Source: a bacterium (lineage in GTDB: Bacteria > Patescibacteriota > Patescibacteriia > Patescibacteriales > UBA12465). From it: a DNA stretch of 64,000 nt. Shown in pieces: positions 54,719 to 63,275 of the stretch (within the stretch, counting starts at the first letter, position 1; every line of letters begins with the position of its first letter). Made by a program: the position numbers and the translations under genes. The stretch is from positions 77,678 to 141,677 of the forward strand of contig JAUYNJ010000005.1 of the NCBI GenBank assembly GCA_030696105.1. Reading direction: 5' to 3'. The notes beneath the pieces were generated by a model. It saw only the letters and a program-made list of their open reading frames with translations. It did no database searches and had not been told where the DNA came from.

Positions 54719-56683
54719 CTAATTATTTATAAATTCGTTATCAAATATAAATTTATTATCCTGATACTGCGAATACAGGCGTGCGTTAACAAAAGTATTA
54801 TTTGAGATTACTAAGTCGCGTGAATGCGAATAAATACCCATTTGATTAACTAATGTATTGTAGCGTATCTTGGCGCCTGTTACATTGCCAGCAATATAGA
54901 AACCAGACTCTCTTCCACTGGGACGTAAAGTGCAATGATTATATTCAAGTAGACCCTGACTATTACTATTGTCACGTGGAGAGATAATGACACAAAACTT
55001 ATTGCCGGTATGGGTCCGGTCAATAATATTGTGGTGAATATTAAATTTCAGAATTGAACCATTAAGCTGAATACCATCTCCTGGTGATTCTGGTTCATTT
55101 TTACCATTGTACCAGTAGCTGTTTTCGTTCCAGCTTTGATTTACGTGGTGAATGTAATTATGAGCGATTTCCATGTTATCGTGATTCTGAGAATAATGAC
55201 CATCATCGCCAGTATAAGCAATTTCTGAATTTAAGATTCTAAAACCAGTGGCGGCGTTCATTGTTCTAAGGCCCCAGGCACTATTTTGAATACGCACACT
55301 GTCTACTGTATTATTATCTCCGCCACCAGAATATATGCCGGTGATGGAAAGCTTGGCGTCAATATCAAGGTCGCGAACAGTATTATTATCTCCGGTCATG
55401 GACACCGCCGCATTTGATCCGCCTACAAGATTGTAAATATTTACTTTTGGTCGAGCAGGACCGGCACCATATGCCCCTATAATCACACTACTGTTGCCCC
55501 CAATGTTAATTCGACTACTAAGTGATATTTCCGTACCCCTTCTTTGCAAATAATTTTTGTTTGAGCTGATATTAACTCCCGCCCAGGTATTATATGGATT
55601 AGCGCGTGTGCCGTCTCCATTCGCTTTTGCGCTGGGGTCGATGAATTTAGTATTAGCTGTCGATACAATTCTAATGCGCATATCAGCCTCTTGCGACAGG
55701 TTCATAGTCGAATCAGTTGCCTTGATGCGTATCGTTATACTATCACCAGAAATTTTACTAGCATTTTTCACGCTGATTAAACCATTATTGTTTATCGCAA
55801 AGACTCCAGCGTCATTAATAATAGTATAGATAAGACTTCTCTTCTCTAATTCTTTCCAGAAAGTTGTCAGTTGCCCAACGGTGTCACCATTAACCGTATT
55901 ACTTGGAATGACAAAGGATTGAGCATGAACAAGACGTTCTGATAGATGACCGGCAGTAATAAGTTGAGGTTCAGTAATATTTTGCTGTGCGCCAGGATTC
56001 AGTTGTTGAATTTGCGCCAACAAGGCGGGCTCTCTGCCGTTAATATTTTGTCCAAAGGAATTAGCGTTAACGCTTAGAGCGAGTGTGTATTTCAGGTCAA
56101 AGCGATTCGCGCGCAAGGCGGTCATGTCGCTGATATGCCGATACACTAAGCCGTCATAATAATAGATGGCGCTACTACTCGAGCTACGTACGAGTGAGCC
56201 TGCCGGAATACTTCCCTCTGACAGTTCCCCACTGACTGTATAGTTAGAGAATAGCGCATCTGAGACATCGATTACCCGCCTTGACCAGTCAGCACCGAAA
56301 AGCGTCTGAGCCTGCGCTTCATTCCTTATTTTTTTTAGCACGCCCCCAGGTTCAACCACATAAACAGACGGACTTGTAGTAATTTTAACCAGATTAGTGC
56401 CAGGCCTAACGGTTATATTGCCCCCTAGGGGATAGTCAGATAATTGTGTCTGTTTTATTTGCTCAACACTGTCAAAATTTTGATACCAGGAAAAGAAGAC
56501 CGTTTCATTGGGGAAAACGTATCTTCTTGAATCGTTGCCGAGATAATATATCGCCGTACTATTATCACCCTTAATTAAGGTTTCCGTGCTTACGGCCTGA
56601 GCCTTATCAGCGGCATAGATAATAGATATTAGCACTATACATGATATTGAAATGATAAACCCATGCTTAATTAATTTGTTCAT
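54719..56683 (-). CDS. secreted protein: N-terminal roughly 120-aa shared module plus right-handed beta-helix (pectate-lyase-fold-like) region
   Basis: Signal peptide. The module 'IYYLGNDSRRYVFPN...LGGNITVRPGTNLVKI' is shared with the 61174 protein. The C-terminal half has repeated 'N..V....I....G' beta-helix-like turns. Confidence 0.6.
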   Translation of the reverse strand: MNKLIKHGFIISISCIVLISIIYAADKAQAVSTETLIKGDNSTAIYYLGNDSRRYVFPNETVFFSWYQNFDSVEQIKQTQLSDYPLGGNITVRPGTNLVKITTSPSVYVVEPGGVLKKIRNEAQAQTLFGADWSRRVIDVSDALFSNYTVSGELSEGSIPAGSLVRSSSSSAIYYYDGLVYRHISDMTALRANRFDLKYTLALSVNANSFGQNINGREPALLAQIQQLNPGAQQNITEPQLITAGHLSERLVHAQSFVIPSNTVNGDTVGQLTTFWKELEKRSLIYTIINDAGVFAINNNGLISVKNASKISGDSITIRIKATDSTMNLSQEADMRIRIVSTANTKFIDPSAKANGDGTRANPYNTWAGVNISSNKNYLQRRGTEISLSSRINIGGNSSVIIGAYGAGPARPKVNIYNLVGGSNAAVSMTGDNNTVRDLDIDAKLSITGIYSGGGDNNTVDSVRIQNSAWGLRTMNAATGFRILNSEIAYTGDDGHYSQNHDNMEIAHNYIHHVNQSWNENSYWYNGKNEPESPGDGIQLNGSILKFNIHHNIIDRTHTGNKFCVIISPRDNSNSQGLLEYNHCTLRPSGRESGFYIAGNVTGAKIRYNTLVNQMGIYSHSRDLVISNNTFVNARLYSQYQDNKFIFDNEFINN

Positions 56684-56767
56684 ATATTTAGTTTAATCAG
56701 TTTTATGTAAGACAATTATTCAAAAATAGCGGGTTAATTATAGCAGAAATTTTGATTCTCTTCAATC

Positions 56768-56796
56768 TTTACTGTATGCCAAAAATCGTGTATAAT
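56768..56796 (+). promoter_or_regulatory. promoter positioned for a leaderless mRNA of the C39-like gene
   Basis: TTTACT-N17-TATAAT. The ATG at 56803 starts 7 nt after the -10 box. Confidence 0.5.
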
Positions 56797-56802
56797 GACT
56801 CA

Positions 56803-57855
56803 ATGAATTATAAATTATTACGCATCACAATCCTAGGCGCTTTCCTTGTGCCAGTAGTAGTTTTTGCGGCTCACTTTGCTGGCGAGAGGAGTGGTTATAT
56901 ACTCTTGCAAGTGGAAGATAATGGCGAGGCTTGGTATGTTTATCCTGAAAATGCAAACCGATATTATCTGGGGAGACCGCACGATGCCTTTGCTGTAATG
57001 AGAAGCCTCTCCCTAGGTGTTAAACATGAGATAATTGCGAACACTGAAATATACCCTGAGAGATTAAGCGGAATGATATTACTGGATGTTGAGAATAATG
57101 GTGAAGCGTATTACATTTATCCGAAAGATCGAAAGAAATACTATTTAGGAAGACCGGATGATGCCTTTAGAATAATGCGTGAACTCGGTGCCGGTATTGC
57201 AAATTCCGGCCTGGTTAATATTCCGGTTGGATCAATTAACCATATATCACCACCAGCACCACCGACTGTGGCCAAGTCAATATTGCAAGTTGTTCCCTTC
57301 ACTTCTCAGGCACCGTTTGGCAACTGGGCTGACAAGCGTCAGCAAGATGGCTGCGAGGAAGCATCGGCTCTAATGGCGGTGAAATGGGCACGTGGCGAAT
57401 CATTAACAAGTGATAAAGCTTTAAGAGAGATACTTGGTGCTTCTGATTATATTCAAAAGAAATACGGTGAGTATCGCGACGTATCAGCAGCAGACACGCT
57501 TAACTGGATTATCAAAGATTACTTTAAGTATGATAAGGCAACAATTAAGGAAGATGTGACTCTGCAACAAATTATTGATGAATTACTCCAAGGAAATGTG
57601 ATTGTTGCCCCCATGAACGGACAAAGTTTGCATAATCCAAAATTTGTAGCACCGGGACCACCAAATCACATGCTCGTCATTATTGGTTACGATGCTGATC
57701 GAAAAGTATTTATTACTAATGACCCCGGCACTCGCTTAGGTAAATCCTATGAATATTCACTTGATGTCATCTATGATGCTATCAGAGTCTACCCGACTGG
57801 TTATCATAAACCAATTGAACGCATTGAAAAAGATATTATAGTAGTCTCAAAATAA
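56803..57855 (+). CDS. secreted C39-like cysteine peptidase-domain protein with duplicated N-terminal 43-aa module
   Basis: Signal peptide 'MNYKLLRITILGAFLVPVVVFA'. 'VPFTSQAPFGNWADKRQQDGCEEAS' resembles Peptidase_C39_2/YvpB-type domains. Confidence 0.6.
   Translation: MNYKLLRITILGAFLVPVVVFAAHFAGERSGYILLQVEDNGEAWYVYPENANRYYLGRPHDAFAVMRSLSLGVKHEIIANTEIYPERLSGMILLDVENNGEAYYIYPKDRKKYYLGRPDDAFRIMRELGAGIANSGLVNIPVGSINHISPPAPPTVAKSILQVVPFTSQAPFGNWADKRQQDGCEEASALMAVKWARGESLTSDKALREILGASDYIQKKYGEYRDVSAADTLNWIIKDYFKYDKATIKEDVTLQQIIDELLQGNVIVAPMNGQSLHNPKFVAPGPPNHMLVIIGYDADRKVFITNDPGTRLGKSYEYSLDVIYDAIRVYPTGYHKPIERIEKDIIVVSK
56890..57195 (+). repeat. intragenic duplication (2 x 43 aa, 177-bp period)
   Basis: SGYILLQVEDNGEAWYVYPENANRYYLGRPHDAFAVMRSLSLG versus SGMILLDVENNGEAYYIYPKDRKKYYLGRPDDAFRIMRELGAG. 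Confidence 0.85.
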
Positions 57856-57868
57856 ATAGACAAAACAA

Positions 57869-57897
57869 AAAAGAAGCTAATTCAGCTTCTTTTTTAT
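57869..57897. terminator. bidirectional terminator between convergent genes
   Basis: aaaagaagct-aattc-agcttctttt. Confidence 0.8.
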
Positions 57898-57914
57898 ATA
57901 TCTTGTATTTTACA

Positions 57915-58655
57915 TTATCTAAGCGTCCAGCCACCATCAACTATAATTGTTTGACCCGTGATATAAGATGCCTTTTCACTTGCGAGGAATACGGCTGCTT
58001 GGGCGATGTCTTCACCTGTGCCCATGCGTCCGAGCGGGATAGCGGCGATAGTCTGTTCTTTCATCGCTTCGTCTAAGCCAGCTGTAGCGCCAGGCGTTTC
58101 AATTGACCCAGGCGCAATAGCGTTGACCGTGATGTGTCGGTTAGCGATTTCAAGTGCAACTGCACGCGTTAGTCCGGACATACCACTCTTAGAAGAGCAG
58201 TAATGTACGAGACCCGAAAAACCAATGACAGAGGCGATCGAGGAGATATTAATTATACGTCCGCCCGCTGACATCATTTTGGCTGCCGCCTGCGAGCACA
58301 GAAAGGCACTTTTCAAGTTTACATTCATCACCTTGTCCCATTCCTCCTCCGTGATGTCGGTGAAGGCTTTAAAGGGGAAAATGCCAGCATTATTTACAAT
58401 AATATCGAGACCGCCGAACTCTTCGATCGTTTCATTAACCATTTTATCAATCTCAATCTTATCAGAGACATCACACTTAAAAGCAATCGCTGAGCCTCCC
58501 TGCTCTTTAATTTCAGCCACCACATCTTCACAGGCGTTTTTATTTAAATCACTCACAAGCATCCGACAATTTTCAGCAGCAAAAGCAAGTGCAATTGCCT
58601 TACCGATACCTTGCCCCGCGCCAGTGATGACCGCAATTTTATTTTTTAGCAACAT
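57915..58655 (-). CDS. short-chain dehydrogenase/reductase (FabG-like 3-oxoacyl-ACP reductase)
   Basis: 'VITGAGQGIGKAIA', 'NNAGI', 'YCSSK' catalytic Tyr/Lys, 246 aa. Confidence 0.85.
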   Translation of the reverse strand: MLLKNKIAVITGAGQGIGKAIALAFAAENCRMLVSDLNKNACEDVVAEIKEQGGSAIAFKCDVSDKIEIDKMVNETIEEFGGLDIIVNNAGIFPFKAFTDITEEEWDKVMNVNLKSAFLCSQAAAKMMSAGGRIINISSIASVIGFSGLVHYCSSKSGMSGLTRAVALEIANRHITVNAIAPGSIETPGATAGLDEAMKEQTIAAIPLGRMGTGEDIAQAAVFLASEKASYITGQTIIVDGGWTLR

Positions 58656-58703
58656 AGATAATAATTATAACTTAGTTCTCATATTATAGCACAAAAAGTA
58701 TAT

Positions 58704-58729
58704 AAAAACAGCCCTTACGGGCTATTTTT
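58704..58729 (-). terminator. terminator after the small basic protein gene
   Basis: agccc-ttac-gggct with flanking A and T runs. Confidence 0.6.
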
Positions 58730-58733
58730 GCGC

Positions 58734-58865
58734 TTATTTGATGTTCTTCTTTAAACGTTTTTGAGCCTTAGCCTCAAGCATAACACGCTTGATTTCGAGT
58801 CTCTTCTTGGTCTTGGGTGAATTTGATTTCTTCCCCTTACCAACACCAGTTGATCTTTTAGCCAT
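58734..58865 (-). CDS. small highly basic protein (43 aa; not in the ORF track)
   Basis: Hand translation gives MAKRSTGVGKGKKSNSPKTKKRLEIKRVMLEAKAQKRLKKNIK. It is followed by its own terminator. No family recognised. Confidence 0.45.
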   Translation of the reverse strand: MAKRSTGVGKGKKSNSPKTKKRLEIKRVMLEAKAQKRLKKNIK

Positions 58866-58953
58866 AAAATTGATTAATTGAATAATACTAATCGTATCCC
58901 AAATGCTGAATTAAAGCAATAGAATTAGTTAATCATACCGAAAGAGGCATTGT

Positions 58954-59103
58954 TTACACCACTTTCTTACCCTGGACTAGGCGCACGATTACCAAAATGA
59001 CGGCCGCAACGAGTAAAATGTGAATAAAGCCGCTTACAGTGTAGGAGGTGATGAGACCTAATAGCCATAGAACGATTAAAACGACGGCAATTGTTACCAG
59101 CAT
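58954..59103 (-). CDS. lmo0937-family small membrane protein (49 aa; not in the ORF track)
   Basis: MLVTIAVVLIVLWLLGLITSYTVSGFIHILLVAAVILVIVRLVQGKKVV matches the two-TM lmo0937 family pattern (LWLLG...GG/SGFIH.LLV...R). Confidence 0.7.
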   Translation of the reverse strand: MLVTIAVVLIVLWLLGLITSYTVSGFIHILLVAAVILVIVRLVQGKKVV

Positions 59104-59198
59104 ATATTTATTTTTAAATACGCTCTCTTAATTTATAAATGAGCAATTATTATATCATAAATTTTACCTTTTCGCAATCCCCAAAGCTTTAAATGGAA

Positions 59199-59223
59199 TA
59201 AAAAAAGAGGCAGTGTTGCCTCT
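59199..59223 (-). terminator. terminator of the 59230-59463 gene
   Basis: agaggca-gtgt-tgcctct. A U7 run follows on the minus strand. Confidence 0.7.
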
Positions 59224-59229
59224 AAATAA

Positions 59230-59463
59230 TTATCCAACAATCATTCTTGCCCTGCCACTTTTTTGTGTGTGTAAGTAGTTCAGTACTTCGTCCCCATCAA
59301 AGTCAAGATGATCGGTTCGAGACTTACATAAAGTAATTATTTGATTGTGCTTTTGTTTTATTTCTACATGCAGAATCAAATAGGCGACTTTATCCAAATC
59401 TTTATCTTCTGCCAAATGCAAAAGATCCATGATACATTCGTGTGTACGTTTTTTTCGTCCCAT
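59230..59463 (-). CDS. hypothetical protein (77 aa)
   Basis: ORF with its own terminator. No recognisable motif. Confidence 0.4.
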   Translation of the reverse strand: MGRKKRTHECIMDLLHLAEDKDLDKVAYLILHVEIKQKHNQIITLCKSRTDHLDFDGDEVLNYLHTQKSGRARMIVG

Positions 59464-59757
59464 GTATTTGTTTTTTAGGTTTATAGCTAGTTTTTAAAGG
59501 TCAAAAAAATTCCTACTCTTACAAGCCTAAACGAGTCCTGATAATATAGTTACGTATTTTATAAATAAATAATACCACATTCTTGTCTTCCTTCCCAGAC
59601 TAGAAATATTACGAAAACGTATCCAAAACCGATATATAGCCGGTTAGTAGTTGACACAGATGAGTATACTTTACCGTTGGGATGGGATCCCTCCGCGGGG
59701 GCGACCCCTATCTCTTCGTTCCTAAAAAATAGATAATCTAGAAAGGGGGTGAAAAAT

Positions 59758-60372
59758 ATGAAAAAATATTTTATAGTTGCTTTTGCAACCATCGCTTTGT
59801 TAGCCACCTCACTAGCTGTTCAAGCAATTGGAAACGGCGCCCCAAGCGGCAGTCATTACAATTTGAACCTCATCGGGGTTCCTAAAGGAAAAACTGCAGC
59901 AATGACTGACAACTCTGGTCATCGCATCTTCGTAAATTTAAGTGGAAAAACAACCATTAAACTTGTCGAGGGACCAGAATTCGCAGTGCTCGATGCCAAC
60001 GGCACCGACGCAAATGGAGCAAAATTTCAATTGCCAAATCCAGATTTCGATAACGACGGCGTAACTGTTTATTCAGTTTATGCTCGTGCCCTAGGCAAAC
60101 CCGGCGGTAACGCTAAAATCTCTTCTTGCGGTATGAACGCTGGAATTGACGGGATCTACGGTACTGCCGATGACGAAGAAGTTTGTTCAGCTGAAACAAT
60201 CACTTTGTCTAGACAGGCTGGTAAATCGAAATTCATCGACGTTAGCAAACAATTGCTATATGTCCATGTGGACTTGAACAATGATGGTACAGTTGAAAGA
60301 TATCCGCTTTTCTCCGATGTACTCCAGGACTATTTCTGGAATTACGATAATAACGGACTTAAGCACGTTTAA
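59758..60372 (+). CDS. hypothetical secreted protein (204 aa)
   Basis: A GGGGG SD-like tract 9 nt upstream of the ATG at 59758. Signal peptide 'MKKYFIVAFATIALLATSLAVQA'. Confidence 0.55.
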   Translation: MKKYFIVAFATIALLATSLAVQAIGNGAPSGSHYNLNLIGVPKGKTAAMTDNSGHRIFVNLSGKTTIKLVEGPEFAVLDANGTDANGAKFQLPNPDFDNDGVTVYSVYARALGKPGGNAKISSCGMNAGIDGIYGTADDEEVCSAETITLSRQAGKSKFIDVSKQLLYVHVDLNNDGTVERYPLFSDVLQDYFWNYDNNGLKHV

Positions 60373-60465
60373 CTGAGATTTTACGAAATCCCATCAAACA
60401 TTAACTAGCCAAGCAATGATGCACGAAACACCAAGTTTCGTGCGGCACTCCCCGCCGATAACACA

Positions 60466-60499
60466 GAGGATAAATTAATATAATTATCCTCTTTTTTTT
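60466..60499 (+). terminator. intrinsic terminator after the 59758 gene
   Basis: agaggataa-N9-ttatcctct followed by T7 (ttttttt). Confidence 0.8.
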
Positions 60500-60515
60500 A
60501 AGGCAGTATCATTCA

Positions 60516-60544
60516 TTGCAATCGTTTCCAAACATAACTATAAT
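60516..60544 (+). promoter_or_regulatory. promoter giving a leaderless or near-leaderless DUF4230 mRNA
   Basis: TTGCAA-N17-TATAAT. The ATG at 60553 starts 9 nt after the -10 box. Confidence 0.55.
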
Positions 60545-60552
60545 AGAAACAT

Positions 60553-61158
60553 ATGAAAAAATATATAATTATCACTTTCCTGGTTCTAATTACGATAATC
60601 ACCTTATTGATTATTGGCCAATATGCAAGAAAAAATCCTGATTATCGTTACGGTCCAGATAGGGCCGCTATTATTAAACAAATTGAGACCTTATCGCGCT
60701 TTGAGACAAGCTCATACAGTGTCGATAAAATTATTGAAGTCAGCACCGATTATGACAAAATAAGGGACTTTTTATTTGGCGACAAACTGCTTTTAGTTGC
60801 TCACGGCAAAGTTATTGCTGGTTTAGATTTATCAACGATGAAGCCAGAGGATTTTTCTGGAAGTGGTAGCAGTATCATCATTAAGCTCCCTGCTCCGCAA
60901 ATTTTAGAAACAATTCTCGATAACAACTCAACCAGAGTTTATGATCGCGATCGCGGGATTCTTACAAAAGGCGATTTGGATTTAGAGGCAACTGCCAGAC
61001 AGATGGCAGAAGAAGAAATACGTCAGGCCGCCTGTGACGGAGGAATATTAGATGAGGCAAACAAAAGTGCAATTCAACAGTTAAGCGTGCTATTTAAAAT
61101 GGCCGGATTTGAAGAAGTTTCCATTATTACTACGCCCGGAAGCTGTTCTAATAAATAA
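60553..61158 (+). CDS. DUF4230-like membrane-anchored protein
   Basis: N-terminal TM helix and 'LLLVAHGKVIAGLDLS', a pattern recalled from DUF4230. About 200 aa. Confidence 0.55.
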   Translation: MKKYIIITFLVLITIITLLIIGQYARKNPDYRYGPDRAAIIKQIETLSRFETSSYSVDKIIEVSTDYDKIRDFLFGDKLLLVAHGKVIAGLDLSTMKPEDFSGSGSSIIIKLPAPQILETILDNNSTRVYDRDRGILTKGDLDLEATARQMAEEEIRQAACDGGILDEANKSAIQQLSVLFKMAGFEEVSIITTPGSCSNK

Positions 61159-61173
61159 AAAATAATAATTAAA

Positions 61174-62226
61174 ATGAATAAAAAAATATATCTCTTTACA
61201 CTACTTACTTTAACAATTCTATTTTTCTCAACAAGCAGTTCAAACGCCTATCCTGACGACGCTTGGTATCATAATTCGGAAATTGTAATGCCACCAAGCA
61301 CTCCTGTTATTATCTTTCCAGTTCAAGGTGGGGCAGTGTTTACTGATGATTTTAATCATGCGCGCAGTGGCGGCAGAGTTCATGAGGCTAATGATTTAAT
61401 GGCCCCAAAAATGACGCCTATCCTTGCTGCTAGAGGAGGGACAATTGTCACCGCCCCGATTATAGAGCCTAGTTATGGCTATATTATTTCAATTGCTGGC
61501 GATGATGGTTTTAAGTATAATTACCTTCATATAAATAACGACACGCCCGGCACTGATGATGGCAACGGTGGCTTAGCGTATGCCTACGCCCCCGGTATTA
61601 GCCGCGGCGTCACCGTAACTCAAGGACAAGTAATTGCCTACGTTGGTGATTCTGGCAATGCCGAAGACACTGCTCCGCACTTACATTTTGAAATAATATC
61701 ACCGGACGGCACGGCTATAAACCCCTACCCCTATCTTGTAGCTGCATTAAATATTTCTGACTACAATATTGCCGCCATTCAGGCGGCGAGCCCCAATATT
61801 AACTTCGACCGCGGACTCACCGTTCAAGCTGGAGTTGAAGTCTATTGCAGCCCGGGGGCGCTTATTCGCACACCCTCTGTTTCCTCAATATATTACTGCG
61901 GCGCCGACGGCAAACGCTACGTCTTCCCTAACGCCCAAACCTACGCGACCTGGTATAGCGATTTCTCAGGCGTCACTACTATCTCGCTTGAGGAGATGGG
62001 TATGATTATGCTTGGCGGTAATGTCACTTATCGCCCTGGAGTTAAATTGGTGAAAATTCAAACTGACCCACGGGTTTACGCCGTTAATAAAAACGGCACC
62101 TTGCGTTTAATGATAACACCAGCTATTGCCGACAAGTATTATGGTGCGAACTGGAACAAGCAAGTTGAAGATATTCCTGATGCATTTTTTACCAATTATA
62201 AAATTGGCGCTTCAATCAATAATTAA
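61174..62226 (+). CDS. secreted M23 peptidase plus C-terminal roughly 120-aa shared module
   Basis: 'HEANDL...NYLHINN...GDSGNAEDTAPHLHFEI'. The C-terminal module 'IYYCGADGKRYVFPN...LGGNVTYRPGVKLVKI...DAFFTNY' is homologous to the N-terminus of the 54719 protein. Confidence 0.85.
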   Translation: MNKKIYLFTLLTLTILFFSTSSSNAYPDDAWYHNSEIVMPPSTPVIIFPVQGGAVFTDDFNHARSGGRVHEANDLMAPKMTPILAARGGTIVTAPIIEPSYGYIISIAGDDGFKYNYLHINNDTPGTDDGNGGLAYAYAPGISRGVTVTQGQVIAYVGDSGNAEDTAPHLHFEIISPDGTAINPYPYLVAALNISDYNIAAIQAASPNINFDRGLTVQAGVEVYCSPGALIRTPSVSSIYYCGADGKRYVFPNAQTYATWYSDFSGVTTISLEEMGMIMLGGNVTYRPGVKLVKIQTDPRVYAVNKNGTLRLMITPAIADKYYGANWNKQVEDIPDAFFTNYKIGASINN

Positions 62227-62241
62227 ACTCCTCGCAATTAC

Positions 62242-62273
62242 AAAAAGGACTACCACGCTGGTAGTCCTTTTTT
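62242..62273. terminator. bidirectional terminator between convergent genes
   Basis: ggactacca-cgc-tggtagtcc with an A5 run before and a T6 run after. Confidence 0.85.
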
Positions 62274-62291
62274 ACTTGTTTTAAATAAATC

Positions 62292-63248
62292 TTATCCGCG
62301 ACCAATATATATTTCAAAGGCCATGCGCATAATGGCAATTGTAAAGATAATTATACCCTCTTTACGACTGATTTTCCAGCCAGAACGCATGAAAATTAAC
62401 AGTAAAATAATTGTACCAATCAGGAGAAGTACGGAAAACAAGGAATCAGCCAGCCCAAAGACTTCCGTTTTTGACTGCAAGAAAATCGGGGTAATAACAC
62501 TACTAATACCGATAATCCCAAATGTATTAAAGATATCAGAGCCCACCACATTACCAATAGACAGACCGAACTTCTTTTTTAAGGTAGCAATGACTGAAGT
62601 GGCGACTTCAGGCAAACTTGTTCCAGCGGCCACAATTGTTGCGCCAATTGCCCAGGCTGATACTTTAAAATACTCGGCAATATAGACAGCTGAAGTTACG
62701 GTGTAATCGGAAGATTTCACTAAGAAAAAGAGACTCGCAAGGAAAATTAGATAATCTTTCAAGTTTGCCGGCTCGCCAGCTGTGTCCTCATCTTCCGTCG
62801 GCACATCTTTTTTATACCACAACAGACCAATGTAAGACAAAAGGAACACCAATAACATTAGTCCCTCCCAGAAAACAATCTTTAAATCATACATGAACAA
62901 GAACACCATTAAAGTCCCCGCTAAAAGTACCATACCATCTCGCCAGACCATTTTCATCGGCACTGCTTGTGGAGCAATTATGGCGACTAGACCAAGGATA
63001 AAGCCGAGATTAAAAATATTCGAGCCGATAACATTACCCACTGATAAGTCACCCTGTCCTTCAAGGGCTGCAAAAACAGAAACGGCAATTTCCGGGGCAG
63101 AGGTGCCCATGGCAACGATTGTGAGCCCGATAAATAATTCGGAGACATTCCACTTGCGCGCAATTTTTATACTTGCATTTACCAGGTAGTTAGCGGAAAA
63201 GCCCAAAACAACGAGCGAGGCCACCATGATTAGAATTTGGATAAGCAT
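62292..63248 (-). CDS. Ca2+/Na+ antiporter (CaCA/YrbG family)
   Basis: Two alpha-repeats, 'GTSAPEIAVSV' and 'GTSLPEVATSV', within about 10 TM helices. Confidence 0.85.
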   Translation of the reverse strand: MLIQILIMVASLVVLGFSANYLVNASIKIARKWNVSELFIGLTIVAMGTSAPEIAVSVFAALEGQGDLSVGNVIGSNIFNLGFILGLVAIIAPQAVPMKMVWRDGMVLLAGTLMVFLFMYDLKIVFWEGLMLLVFLLSYIGLLWYKKDVPTEDEDTAGEPANLKDYLIFLASLFFLVKSSDYTVTSAVYIAEYFKVSAWAIGATIVAAGTSLPEVATSVIATLKKKFGLSIGNVVGSDIFNTFGIIGISSVITPIFLQSKTEVFGLADSLFSVLLLIGTIILLLIFMRSGWKISRKEGIIIFTIAIMRMAFEIYIGRG

Positions 63249-63275
63249 AAGATTCGATGAAAAATATTCTTATTA

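Noticed and set aside
59559-59807. An 82-aa minus-strand ORF, and the G/C-rich element gggatgggatccctccgcgggggcgacccc upstream of the 59758 gene, considered as a possible riboswitch.
   Set aside because: The ORF overlaps the start and SD region of the better-supported plus-strand gene. The G/C-rich element forms only two tiny hairpins and matches no riboswitch consensus I know.
60370-60408. The in-frame sequence after the TAA stop of the 59758 gene reads LRFYEIPSNIN*, which looks protein-like and hints at readthrough or a recent nonsense mutation.
   Set aside because: It covers only 11 codons. No evidence for TAA recoding appears anywhere else in the window, since TAA ends many conserved genes at the expected positions. 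It cannot be evaluated without homologs.
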